A stretch of 63,904 bases of DNA, filler included, from Caldilineae bacterium (lineage in GTDB: Bacteria > Chloroflexota > Anaerolineae > DTLA01), in assembly GCA_037446815.1 (NCBI GenBank). It is 6 parts of 6 records of this genome, joined end to end, with 100 filler letters (N's around TTAATTAATTAA, not from the genome) between each part and the next. Parts side by side here need not be neighbours in the genome. Positions count along the whole stretch, not along the records: positions 24,585 to 36,696 come from JBBIHX010000081.1; positions 36,797 to 48,893 come from JBBIHX010000082.1; 4 more parts are not named here. The stretch is one strand, 5' to 3'. The notes under the pieces are model-generated. The model made no database searches. It was not told where the DNA came from and saw nothing but the letters and a program-made list of their open reading frames with translations. This document shows positions 36,581 to 46,613 of the stretch, piece after piece; positions within the stretch are counted from its first letter, which is position 1, and each line of letters opens with the position of its first letter. Position numbers and translations under genes: made by a program.

Positions 36581-36634
36581 AGTTCCAGCGTTGGAACTTG
36601 CACATAGTGTAGCATGGGACTGGTGGGGTGTCAA
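36581..36634 (-). promoter_or_regulatory. Sigma70 promoter plus palindromic operator of the acetamidase gene
   Basis: Minus strand TTGACA-17-TACACT (36634-36606); AGTTCCAGCGTTGGAACT palindrome at 36581-36598. Confidence 0.6.
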
Positions 36635-36650
36635 TGGGGATGGCAGGCTG

Positions 36651-36855
36651 GATTCGGCTCCAAAGTCTGTTGGCATCTACCGTCATTCTGAGCGGCNNNN
36701 NNNNNNNNNNNNNNNNNNNNNNNNNNNNNNNNNNNNNNNNTTAATTAATTAANNNNNNNNNNNNNNNNNNNNNNNNNNNNNNNNNNNNNNNNNNNNTGCT
36801 TCGGGCGCTCCGCGCCCTCGCAATGACAAATACCAACAGACTTTGGAACCGCATC
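36651..36855. repeat. Family A/B repeat ends flanking the contig linker (36697-36796)
   Basis: GATTCGGCTCCAAAGTCTGTTGG...GTCATTCTGAGC before the linker; family-A half after it. Confidence 0.75.
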
Positions 36856-37667
36856 TACACCGTCCCCGCGAGGGCCACCATCGCGCGGAACGCCTTGTAC
36901 GCGCTCTCCGTGTCCGGCGCGGTGAACTCCAGCGTCAGCCCATCCATGCGGCGGCTGCCGGGGATGAGCGCCGCCATGTCGGCCTGGGCCAGGCGCTGGA
37001 ACACGGCCCGCACCTCCACGGGCGTCGCGACGACGAAGGGCCGCCCGCCCTTGCGCACGGCGCGCGTCGCCGCCTCCCGTATCCGCTCCCGCGCCAGCTC
37101 CGGGTGCACACACCGCGCCGCCTTCCACCCCACCCCATCCTTGACGGCGACGGTCTCCACGTCGCCCAGGAGGGCGCGCGCCTCTTCGGTTACCGCGCGG
37201 TCGCCCGTTACCAGCACCACCGGCACGCCGAACGCGCCTGCCATGGCCGCGTTCAGCCCCGTTTCGCCCACCGCCTGGCCGTTCAGGCGCACCTCGGTAA
37301 CGATGCTCCCCGCGTAGGTATGGGCCAGCACGCCCGCGCCTGTGCCCATCCGCGAGTGGTAGCCGACGAAGAAGACCGCGTCCACCTCCGGGCCGATGCC
37401 CTCCATCATGCTCAGGGGCTTCGGGCTTCCGGAGATGAGTTCCGCTGCCGGGTTCAGTTCTTCCAGCAGGATGTTGGCCATGCCGCCGTGGCTGTCGTTG
37501 ACCACCACGCGGGTAGCCCCGCCCGCCAGCGCCCCCTCAATGGCGGCGTTCGTCTCCGCCGTCATCAGTTTGCGGAAGCGGTCGTACTCCTTGTGGCTGG
37601 ACGTTACGTGATCCGTCGTAACCACGCCCGAGATGCCTTCCATGTCTACCGAGATCAAGATATTCAT
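36855..37667 (-). CDS. dppA: M55-family D-aminopeptidase
   Basis: ISVDMEG, VNDSHG, FVGYH, LAHT, GETGLN, LVTGD. Confidence 0.9.
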   Translation of the reverse strand: MNILISVDMEGISGVVTTDHVTSSHKEYDRFRKLMTAETNAAIEGALAGGATRVVVNDSHGGMANILLEELNPAAELISGSPKPLSMMEGIGPEVDAVFFVGYHSRMGTGAGVLAHTYAGSIVTEVRLNGQAVGETGLNAAMAGAFGVPVVLVTGDRAVTEEARALLGDVETVAVKDGVGWKAARCVHPELARERIREAATRAVRKGGRPFVVATPVEVRAVFQRLAQADMAALIPGSRRMDGLTLEFTAPDTESAYKAFRAMVALAGTV

Positions 37668-37771
37668 CGCAGCGTCTCCTTTTTCCGCGTTCTTGGGCAG
37701 GTGATGCGCCTTTATACAAGGCGACTCCCCCGCCGTCAAGCGATGCGGCGCGTCTTCGCCCGCCGCCAGGC

Positions 37772-37813
37772 GCATGGGGGTTGCCCGCGCAGGGCATGGG
37801 GGTTTCCCCCCAT
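37772..37813. promoter_or_regulatory. Candidate operator upstream of the cytochrome operon
   Basis: GCATGGGGGTT twice, 22 bp apart; the second forms the ATGGGGG-TTTC-CCCCCAT palindrome. Confidence 0.4.
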
Positions 37814-37958
37814 CGCAAAATGGCCACAAGACCCGATAGCCTTTCCCAAATGTCTGGAGTATCCTCAAGGTGGAAATGGGGAACGTCGCGGCAACTCGGA
37901 ACCCGTTCGGACCCCTGATTCAGCGGCAAATGGGTCAATGGCGATAAGGAGGTCGGCG

Positions 37959-38306
37959 ATGGAATCGGTGCTTGCGGTAATCGGACTGTTCGTGTTGCGT
38001 ATCGGAGTGCCCATCGTTGTGATGGTGCTCCTGTCGTGGGGCGTGAGCCTGTACGTCCAGCGCGAGGAGGCTCGGGCGCTGGAGGCCGAGAAGCGGGCGG
38101 CCCTTGCCCAGGCCGCGGCGGCGGCTGCGCCGTCGGCCTGCTGGGACGTGAAAGGGTGCAGCGAAGAGGCAAAGGCCGACTGCCCCGCTGTGAAGCGCCC
38201 GGACCTGCCCTGCTGGCTCGCCAAGCAACTGGCCACCGGCAGGTTGTCGCCCGCGTGCGAGGCCTGCGCCATGTACCAGAAGAGCCTCGCCGCGGCCCGT
38301 GCGTAG
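37959..38306 (+). CDS. Small membrane protein with six-Cys 'two-CW' C-terminal domain
   Basis: TAAGGAGG RBS; TM helix with LRIGVP; CWDVKGC..CPA..CWL..CEAC. Confidence 0.75.
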   Translation: MESVLAVIGLFVLRIGVPIVVMVLLSWGVSLYVQREEARALEAEKRAALAQAAAAAAPSACWDVKGCSEEAKADCPAVKRPDLPCWLAKQLATGRLSPACEACAMYQKSLAAARA

Positions 38307-38357
38307 AGACTCCTTCCCGGAGAACGGCGCGGGCAAAGTTTTCAGGAGGTGATGAAG

Positions 38358-38480
38358 ATGGCTACCGTGATGGACGACCTGATCATTGTGGGGATGATGC
38401 TGGCGCGCCTGGGCATTCCCATCCTGATGATGGCGCTCTTGGCTGCGGTGCTCAACCGAGTGGCGCGGTCATCGGCATAA
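38358..38480 (+). CDS. 40-aa single-TM protein
   Basis: AGGAGGTGA RBS; MATVMDDLIIVGMMLARLGIPILMMALLAAVLNRVARSSA*; resembles the N-terminal helix of the upstream ORF. Confidence 0.72.
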   Translation: MATVMDDLIIVGMMLARLGIPILMMALLAAVLNRVARSSA

Positions 38481-38555
38481 CCGCGCATCGCGCGCGGCGC
38501 AACTGTGCGGCTCATCCGAGAGGATCAAATTCAGCGTTGAACAAGGAGGGGTTAC

Positions 38556-39488
38556 ATGAGGATGCATTCTACTCGCAACGGCGACCGTCCTCTCGTCAGA
38601 GGGACATTCATCGCGTGTGTCGTCGCCATGGCGATCCTGCTGGCGTTCTCGGGGCAGGCATTCGCCCAAGGGCCTGAGCCCACGTACAAGGGGCCGGATT
38701 ACTGCGCCGCCTGCCATTCGGCCGAAGCGCGGGCCTGGCAGAACTCCACCCACGCCAAGGCCACGTCCGCCGTGCCGCCGGATGCGGACCGGGCCTGTCT
38801 CCGCTGCCACACCACGGCCTTCAACGCCTCCGACGGCACGTGCGCGTACCAAGATGTGGAGTGCGAAGCGTGCCACGGCCCCTATCTGGAGGGCCACCCA
38901 CGCAGCGCAGCCATGAGACTTCCGTCCGATTCCACCGCCTGCCAAGAATGCCACGCCAAGACTTACGAGCAGTGGGAGACCACACCCCACGCTCAACTGA
39001 ACGTGCAGTGCATCGGCTGCCACGATGCCCATGCCCAAGACCTGCGCCTCGCCGCCGACCAACTGTGCACGTCCTGTCACCGGGCCAAACTGGAATCGTT
39101 CCCCCACAGCGAGCACGACAGCCTGGGCATTGAATGCACCGTCTGCCATGTTCCGGTCAAGCCATCCGACCAGCCAAACGTGAGCCTGGCGAGCACGCGG
39201 GGCGGCAGCCACGCGCCAGACCACAGTTTCGCGCCGCCCGCGGAGTCGTGCGTCGGTTGCCACGCCAAGGGCAGCGTGCCCATGACCGCCGGAGCCACGG
39301 CGCAGGCAGACCCCGCCAAAGTCCTGGCCGACCAACTGGAAGCCACGGAGCGCGAAAATGGAACGCTGCGCAACCTGGCCATCGTAACCCTGGGCATCGG
39401 CCTCGGCATCGGTGGCGTCCTCGGTGTCGTGTCCATCCTGCTCATCGGATACATCGCGCAGCGGAGGGGCAAGCCATGGACGATCTAA
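38556..39488 (+). CDS. Octaheme cytochrome c with C-terminal membrane anchor
   Basis: Signal peptide; 8 CxxCH motifs (CAACH, CLRCH, CEACH, CQECH, CIGCH, CTSCH, CTVCH, CVGCH); C-terminal TM. Confidence 0.88.
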   Translation: MRMHSTRNGDRPLVRGTFIACVVAMAILLAFSGQAFAQGPEPTYKGPDYCAACHSAEARAWQNSTHAKATSAVPPDADRACLRCHTTAFNASDGTCAYQDVECEACHGPYLEGHPRSAAMRLPSDSTACQECHAKTYEQWETTPHAQLNVQCIGCHDAHAQDLRLAADQLCTSCHRAKLESFPHSEHDSLGIECTVCHVPVKPSDQPNVSLASTRGGSHAPDHSFAPPAESCVGCHAKGSVPMTAGATAQADPAKVLADQLEATERENGTLRNLAIVTLGIGLGIGGVLGVVSILLIGYIAQRRGKPWTI

Positions 39489-40393
39489 AGACGGCTCGTC
39501 TCTCTCGGCGCGATTTCCTCAAGGGGCTGGGGCTGGGCACTGCTGCAGCCGTGGCGGCCACCCTGTCGCCTAGCCTGGCGCGGGCCGCTGAAGAGCCATC
39601 GGGCGACGGCTGGGGCATGCTGGTGGACCTGACCCGCTGCACCGGCTGCAACTCCTGCGCCCTGGCGTGCAAGGAGGCCAATGGCCTGCCGCAGATACCG
39701 GGGAAAGTGCCCACCGCCCTGGACGCGGATACCTACACATTCGTGGAGCCGTTCCAGGTGGCCAACCTGCGCGGCGAGATCGTAACCCGCTACGTCAAGC
39801 GGCAATGCATGCACTGCCTGGAAGCAGCGTGCGTGTCGGCCTGCCCGGCGGCGGCCATGCACAGCAGCGGCGAAGGCCCCATCATCTACCGCGCCAGCCG
39901 TTGCCTAGGCTGCCGCTACTGCGAGGTCGCCTGCCCCTTCGGCATCCCGCGGTTCAATTGGGACAACAGCATCACGCCCACCATCAACAAATGCTGGCTG
40001 TGCTACGAGCGCCTGAAAGAGGGCGAGGAGCCGGCGTGCGTCAGCGCCTGCCCCACCGGAGCCATCCGCTTCGGTCGGCGCGATGATTTGCTGGCGCAAG
40101 CCCACGCGCGCATCACCTCCCACCCCGACCGGTATGTGGACCACGTCTTCGGCGAGTCCGAGGTCGGCGGCACTTCGGTGCTGTACATCTCCGACGTGCC
40201 CTTTGACCGCCTTGGGTTCCCGGCCAACCTGCCGCTCGTTGCGCCGCCCAAGCAGACCGAGAAGATTCTCTACAAACTCCCCTACGTCATCTTCGGCATG
40301 GCCGCGTTCATGACCGGCACGGCCCTCTACACTCACCGAAAGCCCGCGGCTGTCGTGCCCGTGGAAGCCGAAGCCCCGGACAAGGAGGAGTAA
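39476..40393 (+). CDS. Tat-exported 4x[4Fe-4S] ferredoxin (HybA/HmcB/NrfC-like)
   Basis: SRRDFLK Tat motif; 16 Cys in four cluster motifs; GESEVGGT; C-terminal TM. Confidence 0.9.
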   Translation: MDDLKTARLSRRDFLKGLGLGTAAAVAATLSPSLARAAEEPSGDGWGMLVDLTRCTGCNSCALACKEANGLPQIPGKVPTALDADTYTFVEPFQVANLRGEIVTRYVKRQCMHCLEAACVSACPAAAMHSSGEGPIIYRASRCLGCRYCEVACPFGIPRFNWDNSITPTINKCWLCYERLKEGEEPACVSACPTGAIRFGRRDDLLAQAHARITSHPDRYVDHVFGESEVGGTSVLYISDVPFDRLGFPANLPLVAPPKQTEKILYKLPYVIFGMAAFMTGTALYTHRKPAAVVPVEAEAPDKEE

Positions 40394-40396
40394 CCC

Positions 40397-41722
40397 ATGG
40401 CAGACATCCTGGCATATCCGGCATTCTGGATCGTGGCAGTCTTGAGCATCGGCATCCCGAGCGCGTTCCTGGCCGTAACGCGCTCGCTGGTGGTGAGGCT
40501 GGCGAGCCGGTCGCAGAGCGCAGCCACTGCCGCAGCCGAAGGCATCGTCGTGCCCGTGCCCCGCGTCCGCTCGCCGTGGAAAGTCCTGCGCGACCTCGCG
40601 TTCATCGGCGTCATGGCCACCGGCACCGCCATCATCCTGGTGCGGTTCGCGTTTGGCCTGGGCGCGGTAACCAACCTCAGCGATAAGTTCGCGCTGGGAT
40701 TCTGGATCGGGTTTGATGTAATGAGCGGCGTGGCGCTGGCCGCCGGCGGGTTCGTGATGGCCGCCACGGTGCACATCTTCCGCATCCACCGCTTTGAGCC
40801 GCTGGTGCGCCCGGCCATCCTGACGGCGTTCCTGGGCTACCTGCTGGTCATCGCCGCGCTCCTTGTGGACCTGGGCCGACCCTACAACGTGTGGCGGCCC
40901 CTGGTGCACTGGCAGTACCACTCGGTGCTGTGGGAGGTGGGCATCTGCGTCGCCACGTACACCACGGTCCTGTTCTTTGAGTTCCTGCCCGTCATCCTGG
41001 AGCGCGTGAACAAGGTGGAGGCCATCACCAAGCGATTGCCCACCGTCGCCTTCTACCGCTGGCTGAAGAAGGTCTCCATCGTGTTCGTCATCCTCGGCGT
41101 GGTGCTGTCCACGCTGCACCAGTCGTCGCTCGGTTCCCTGTGGGTCATCGTCCCGCAGAAACTGCACCCGCTGTGGTACTCGCTGTACCTGCCGGTCTTC
41201 TTCTGGCTGTCGGCGGTGGCCGTGGGCTTCGCCATGACCATCGTGGAGTCCAACCTGAGTTCCCGCGCCTTCAAGCGGGGGCTGGAGCAGCACCTGCTGG
41301 CCGAACTGGGGCAGATCGCGTCGGTCATCCTGGCCGTCTATCTGGCGGCGCGCATCGTGGACATCACCGCGCGCGGCGCATGGCCTCGGGCCTTTGAGCC
41401 GACGCTGCAGGCCGCGACGTTCTGGGTGGAGATGATCCTTGGCGTCGTGGTCCCCATCATCCTGTTCGCCGTACCTTCGCTGCGCCGCAACCTGAAGGTG
41501 CTCTTCTTCGGCGCGTGGCTCGTCGTGCTGTTCGGCGTGGCGCTCAACCGCATGAACGTCTCGTGGATCGGCCTGCTGTCCTACACCGGCAACATCTACA
41601 GCCCGTCGTGGATGGAATTGGTGGTAACGGTTACCATCCTGGGGTTCGGCGTGCTGGCCTTCTACCTGGCCGCCAAGTACTTGCCCGTCTTCCCCGAAGA
41701 AGACCCGCATCAGGCCCACTAG
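40397..41722 (+). CDS. NrfD/HybB/HmcC-family integral membrane quinone-interacting subunit
   Basis: GLGAVTNLSD, GVALAAGGF, VDLGRP, SVLWEV, TLHQSSLGSL, KLHPLWYS, ALNR. Confidence 0.9.
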   Translation: MADILAYPAFWIVAVLSIGIPSAFLAVTRSLVVRLASRSQSAATAAAEGIVVPVPRVRSPWKVLRDLAFIGVMATGTAIILVRFAFGLGAVTNLSDKFALGFWIGFDVMSGVALAAGGFVMAATVHIFRIHRFEPLVRPAILTAFLGYLLVIAALLVDLGRPYNVWRPLVHWQYHSVLWEVGICVATYTTVLFFEFLPVILERVNKVEAITKRLPTVAFYRWLKKVSIVFVILGVVLSTLHQSSLGSLWVIVPQKLHPLWYSLYLPVFFWLSAVAVGFAMTIVESNLSSRAFKRGLEQHLLAELGQIASVILAVYLAARIVDITARGAWPRAFEPTLQAATFWVEMILGVVVPIILFAVPSLRRNLKVLFFGAWLVVLFGVALNRMNVSWIGLLSYTGNIYSPSWMELVVTVTILGFGVLAFYLAAKYLPVFPEEDPHQAH

Positions 41723-41747
41723 CCCCTGCTCCCTCGCGTCGCCTAAC

Positions 41748-41794
41748 GGGCGGGCCGCCCTTCTCGGTGGCCCGCCCCCTGCGTTCAGATTTTA
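41748..41794 (+). terminator. Probable terminator after the NrfD-like gene
   Basis: GGGCGGGCCGCC-cttctc-GGTGGCCCGCCC stem; weak T tail. Confidence 0.45.
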
Positions 41795-41921
41795 CACTTT
41801 CACCACAAGCCTCTAATGCGCCTTTCATGCAGCGCCACGCGATTCCCGATACAATGATAGCAGTACGTATCGCGGCGTTGCCCTGGGGTGCAACCCGCGC
41901 CAGTTCTACTGCGGAGGGCCT

Positions 41922-43343
41922 ATGCAAAAGAAGACCGTCTGGATCATTGTCCTGGTTGTTGTGCTCGTCGCGGGGGCCATCTGGGGCATCACCCGCTGGA
42001 ACGCCGCCCGCAAGGCCAGCGCCACCGCGCCACAGACCTCAACGGTACAGCGCGGCGACCTGCAGGCCATCGTGGGCACGTCGGGCACGGTGCGCGCCAC
42101 CCAGTCCATGGACCTCACCTTCGGCGTGGCGGGCACCGTCGTGGAGATTCTGGTGGCCGAGGGCGACCAGGTCAAGGCCGGCCAGCCGCTGGCCCGCTTG
42201 GACACCTCCACGCTGGAGGCGCAAGTCGCCAGCGCCGAACTGTCGCTGCGCCTGGCCGAGAAGAACCTGGAGGACCTGAAGTCCCCGCCGACGAAGACGG
42301 AAATCGCCCAAGCCGAGGCAGCCCTCGCCAGCGCCAAGGCCGCCTACGAGGCAGCCAAGGCCAAGCCGGTGGAGTGGCAAATCGCCCAGGCGGAGGCCGC
42401 GCTGGAGAAGGCGCGCAAGACGCTGCAAGACGCCCAGGCCGCGTATGATGCCGTCTCGTGGCGACCCAACATCGCCATGCTCCCGCAGGCCACCCAACTC
42501 CAGCAGGCCACCGAAGCCTACCAGGAGGCCCTGGATGCCTACCGCATCGCCATGGCCAGCGTCAGCGACGCGCCCATCAAGAGCGCCTACGCCCAGATGC
42601 TCCAGGCGCAGGATGCCTACGACAAACTCATGGCCGGCCCGACCGAAGAGGAATTGCTCAGCGCCGAGGCCCAGGTAACCCAGGCCAAGCAGGCCCTGGA
42701 CACCGCCCGCAAGAACCTGGACAGCGCCACCCTGAAGGCGCCCTTTGACGGCACCATCACCGCCGTCAACATCATCACCGGCCAGACGGTGGCGGCCAAC
42801 ACCACGGCTATGTCCATCGCCGACCTGGCCCACCTGCAGATTCAGGCCAACCTGCCCGAGGTGGACGCCGTGCAGGTGAAAGTCGGCCAGCGGGCGGAAA
42901 TCACGCTGGATGCCCTCTCCACGCAGACGCTGGGCGGCCAGGTCGCCAAGGTCGCCCTTGTCGGCACCGTTACCCAGGGCGTGGTCAACTACCCCGTTAC
43001 CATTGACCTTGACCCCACCGACCTGCCCGTGAAGCCGGGGATGACCGCCAGCGTCAGCATCATCGTGGACGAGCGCACCAACGTCCTCATGGTGCCCAAC
43101 CGCGCTGTGCGCTCCCAAGGCGGGAATCGCGGCTACTACGTGGAGGTCATGGTGGAAGGCCAAATCGTCCAGGTGCCGGTTACCATCGGGCTGAGCAACG
43201 GCGCCATGACCGAAATCACCAGCACCGGCCTGCGCGAAGGCGACACGGTAGTGGTCTCCAGCACCACGACGACGACCAGCAGCCGCATTCCGGGCATCGG
43301 CGGCGGCATCCTCGTCGGCCCCATGGGGCCTGAGGGCCGATAG
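41922..43343 (+). CDS. MacA-like periplasmic adaptor (efflux membrane fusion protein)
   Basis: N-terminal TM, lipoyl halves ([21 protein letters not shown]), long alpha-hairpin, KPGMTA. Confidence 0.88.
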   Translation: MQKKTVWIIVLVVVLVAGAIWGITRWNAARKASATAPQTSTVQRGDLQAIVGTSGTVRATQSMDLTFGVAGTVVEILVAEGDQVKAGQPLARLDTSTLEAQVASAELSLRLAEKNLEDLKSPPTKTEIAQAEAALASAKAAYEAAKAKPVEWQIAQAEAALEKARKTLQDAQAAYDAVSWRPNIAMLPQATQLQQATEAYQEALDAYRIAMASVSDAPIKSAYAQMLQAQDAYDKLMAGPTEEELLSAEAQVTQAKQALDTARKNLDSATLKAPFDGTITAVNIITGQTVAANTTAMSIADLAHLQIQANLPEVDAVQVKVGQRAEITLDALSTQTLGGQVAKVALVGTVTQGVVNYPVTIDLDPTDLPVKPGMTASVSIIVDERTNVLMVPNRAVRSQGGNRGYYVEVMVEGQIVQVPVTIGLSNGAMTEITSTGLREGDTVVVSSTTTTTSSRIPGIGGGILVGPMGPEGR

Positions 43344-43386
43344 CGCGTTTCCGCCAACCTGCGGCGAACATGCGAGAGGAGATCCT

Positions 43387-44075
<689 letters not shown>

Positions 44076-44079
<4 letters not shown>

Positions 44080-45320
44080 ACGTGCAGGAAAGCCTCAGGA
44101 CGGCCATCACGAGCCTGTCGGCCAACAAACTGCGATCGTTCCTCACCATGCTGGGCATCATCATCGGCGTGGCGGCGGTCATCGCCATGCTGTCCATCGG
44201 CCGCGGCGCGCAAGAGGCCATCACCAGCCAGATCACCAGTATGGGCACCAACCTGCTGTTTGTGCGGCCGGGCGCGGCCAGCCAGGGCGGCGTCCGCATG
44301 GCCCAAGGCTCGGCGGCCACCCTGACCTACGACGATGCCCTGGCGCTGGCCGACCCAGTGCGCGCGCCATCGGTCGTCGCCGTCGCGCCTGAGACGTCCA
44401 CCTTCGGCCAGGTGGTGTACCTGTCCAGCAACATCAACACCCAGATCACGGGCGTTACGCCGGAATACGAGCAAGTGCGCAACATGCCGGTGGAGTACGG
44501 GTCATTCATCACGGCGCAGCACATCGCGGCCCGCAGCCCCGTGGCGGTCATCGGCGCCAACGTGGTGGCCGAACTGTTCAACGGCGACGACCCGCTGGAC
44601 AAGAACATCCGCATCAACGGGCAGAACTTCCGCGTGATCGGCGTCCTCAAGGCCAAGGGCGGGACGGGCTTCGGCATCACCGACGACCGCATTCTCATCC
44701 CGCTGACCACCCTGCAAAGTCGGCTGGCGTCTAGCGGGCGGTTTCGCGGCGGCAATACCATCCAGACCATCAACGTCCAGGTGGCGAGCACGAAGGCAAC
44801 AGACCAGGCGATAGAGGAAATCAGCGCCATCCTGCGCGAGCGCCACAACATCCTCTACGAGGACGATTTCACCATCACGTCGCAGCAGGACACCATTGAG
44901 GCCGCCAACCAGATCACCGGCATCCTGACGGTGTTCCTGGGCGGCATCGCTGCCATCTCCCTTCTGGTGGGCGGCATCGGCATCATGAACATCATGCTGG
45001 TGTCGGTTACCGAGCGTACCCGCGAGATCGGCATTCGCAAGGCCGTCGGCGCGCGCAAGCGAGACATCCTGGCCCAGTTCCTGACCGAGGCCACGCTGCT
45101 CAGCGTCGCCGGAGGGCTGGCGGGCATCCTGGTCGGCTACGGCATCTCGCGGTTCATCACCGGCATCAACCTGGGCGCCACGCAAATCAGCGCCGTCGTG
45201 AGCGCCGATTCGGTGCTGTTGGCGACGCTGTTCTCCATCGCGGTGGGCCTGTTCTTCGGGATTTTCCCGGCCCAGCGCGCCGCAGACCTGAACCCGATTG
45301 AGGCATTGAGGTACGAGTAG
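44076..45320 (+). CDS. MacB/FtsX-family ABC permease
   Basis: [49 protein letters not shown]. Confidence 0.93.
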
Positions 45321-45429
45321 CAGAAAGCCATCGGCGGTCAGCCATCAGCAGTCAGCCACCAGCATTTGGCGGAGAGCCGTCGCGGCTAGCCGCTGATGGC
45401 TGACCGCTGGAGCATCGCGAGGAGGATAC

Positions 45430-45876
45430 ATGAAGAAGAACATCTTGTGGATCGTAGTGGGCGTGGTCTTGATCGTGGGCGCGGGCGTTGGAGGCTACTT
45501 CCTCGGCGTGGAGCAGGGCAAGGCCCAGGCGGCCAGCGTCCGCGAACGGTTCATCGCAGAGCGGTTCGGCACCGGCCAGTCCAACGGCCAGACGACGCCC
45601 GGCCAGGTCCTTCCGGGGCAGGGCGGCACGGGCCGCGCCGGTATGCTGGGCCGCGGCGCGACGGGGACCGTCAAAGAGATTCAGGGTAACACCATCCTTG
45701 TCAGCACCGCCACGCAGGAACTGAAGGTGCAAGTTACCGCCGACACGCGCATCACCATGACCACCCAGGGCAGCATCAGCGACATCAAAGTGGGAGACCG
45801 CATCATCATCGGCGGCCAGACCCAGGGCGACACCATGACGGCGACCCAAATCCAAATCGTGCCGGATATGCCCTAG
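45430..45876 (+). CDS. Membrane-anchored hypothetical protein with C-terminal OB-fold-like (DUF5666-like) domain
   Basis: GGAGG RBS; N-terminal TM; GTVKEIQGNTILV...DIKVGDRIIIGG...ATQIQI. Confidence 0.7.
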   Translation: MKKNILWIVVGVVLIVGAGVGGYFLGVEQGKAQAASVRERFIAERFGTGQSNGQTTPGQVLPGQGGTGRAGMLGRGATGTVKEIQGNTILVSTATQELKVQVTADTRITMTTQGSISDIKVGDRIIIGGQTQGDTMTATQIQIVPDMP

Positions 45877-45884
45877 GACGAACC

Positions 45885-45924
45885 GCGAGGAGAGGCCCTT
45901 ACCCCTGCAAGGGCCTCTCCTCGC
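45885..45924. terminator. Hairpin between convergent genes
   Basis: GCGAGGAGAGGCCCTT-acccctgc-AAGGGCCTCTCCTCGC. Confidence 0.65.
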
Positions 45925-45959
45925 CGCCTGCTCCACGGTACTCGTGCCCCATGCTGCCG

Positions 45960-46613
45960 CTACGGCTCTATCAGCCCCTTGCGGATGGCGTATTTCGTCA
46001 GTTCAATGCGATTGTGCAGGTTGAGTTTCTCCATGATGTTGGCGCGGTGGCGTTCCACGGTCTTGACGCTGATGTGCAGCGCCAGCGCGATCTCCTGCGT
46101 CGTGTACCCCTCGGCGATGAGGGTGAGCACCTCGCGCTCGCGATCGGTCAGGCCATCGTAGGTCTCCTGTTCCCCGCCCTCCCGCACGCGCCGCATGTAG
46201 TCTTCCACCAGCGACCGCGCCACCGTCGGGTACAGGTACACGCCGCCGCTCTGCACCGCCCGCACCGCCTCGGCCAGAGACATGGGCGCGGCCTTCTTGG
46301 GCACGTACCCCGATGCCCCTGCGCTCAGAATCTCAAAGAAGTACTGTTCGTTGTCGTACATGCTCAGCACCAGGATATTGCACTCCGGATGCCTCTTCTT
46401 GATTTGGCGCGTTGCCTCAAACCCGTCCATGTCGGGCATGACGATGTCCATGACCACCACATCGGGCTTGAGTTCGTCGGTCAGCCGAACGGCCTCGCGC
46501 CCGTCCCCCGCCTCGCCCACAATCTGCAATTCGGGGTCGGTTTCCAGCAACATGCGCACGCCCGCGCGAACGATGGCGTGATCATCCACCAACAGGATGC
46601 GTATCGGACTCAT
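45960..46613 (-). CDS. NarL/FixJ (NreC-like) response regulator
   Basis: LLVDDH, VMDIVMP, GYVPK, LuxR HTH LTDREREVL...TVERHRANIMEKL. Confidence 0.93.
   Translation of the reverse strand: MSPIRILLVDDHAIVRAGVRMLLETDPELQIVGEAGDGREAVRLTDELKPDVVVMDIVMPDMDGFEATRQIKKRHPECNILVLSMYDNEQYFFEILSAGASGYVPKKAAPMSLAEAVRAVQSGGVYLYPTVARSLVEDYMRRVREGGEQETYDGLTDREREVLTLIAEGYTTQEIALALHISVKTVERHRANIMEKLNLHNRIELTKYAIRKGLIEP

Noticed and set aside
36651..36855. One intact repeat element spanning the linker, implying true contig adjacency
   Set aside because: The two sides belong to different repeat families and contigs are length-sorted
38556..41722. Hydrogenase-2 (hybAB) or NrfA nitrite reductase operon
   Set aside because: No NiFe large or small subunit; all heme motifs are CxxCH with no CxxCK
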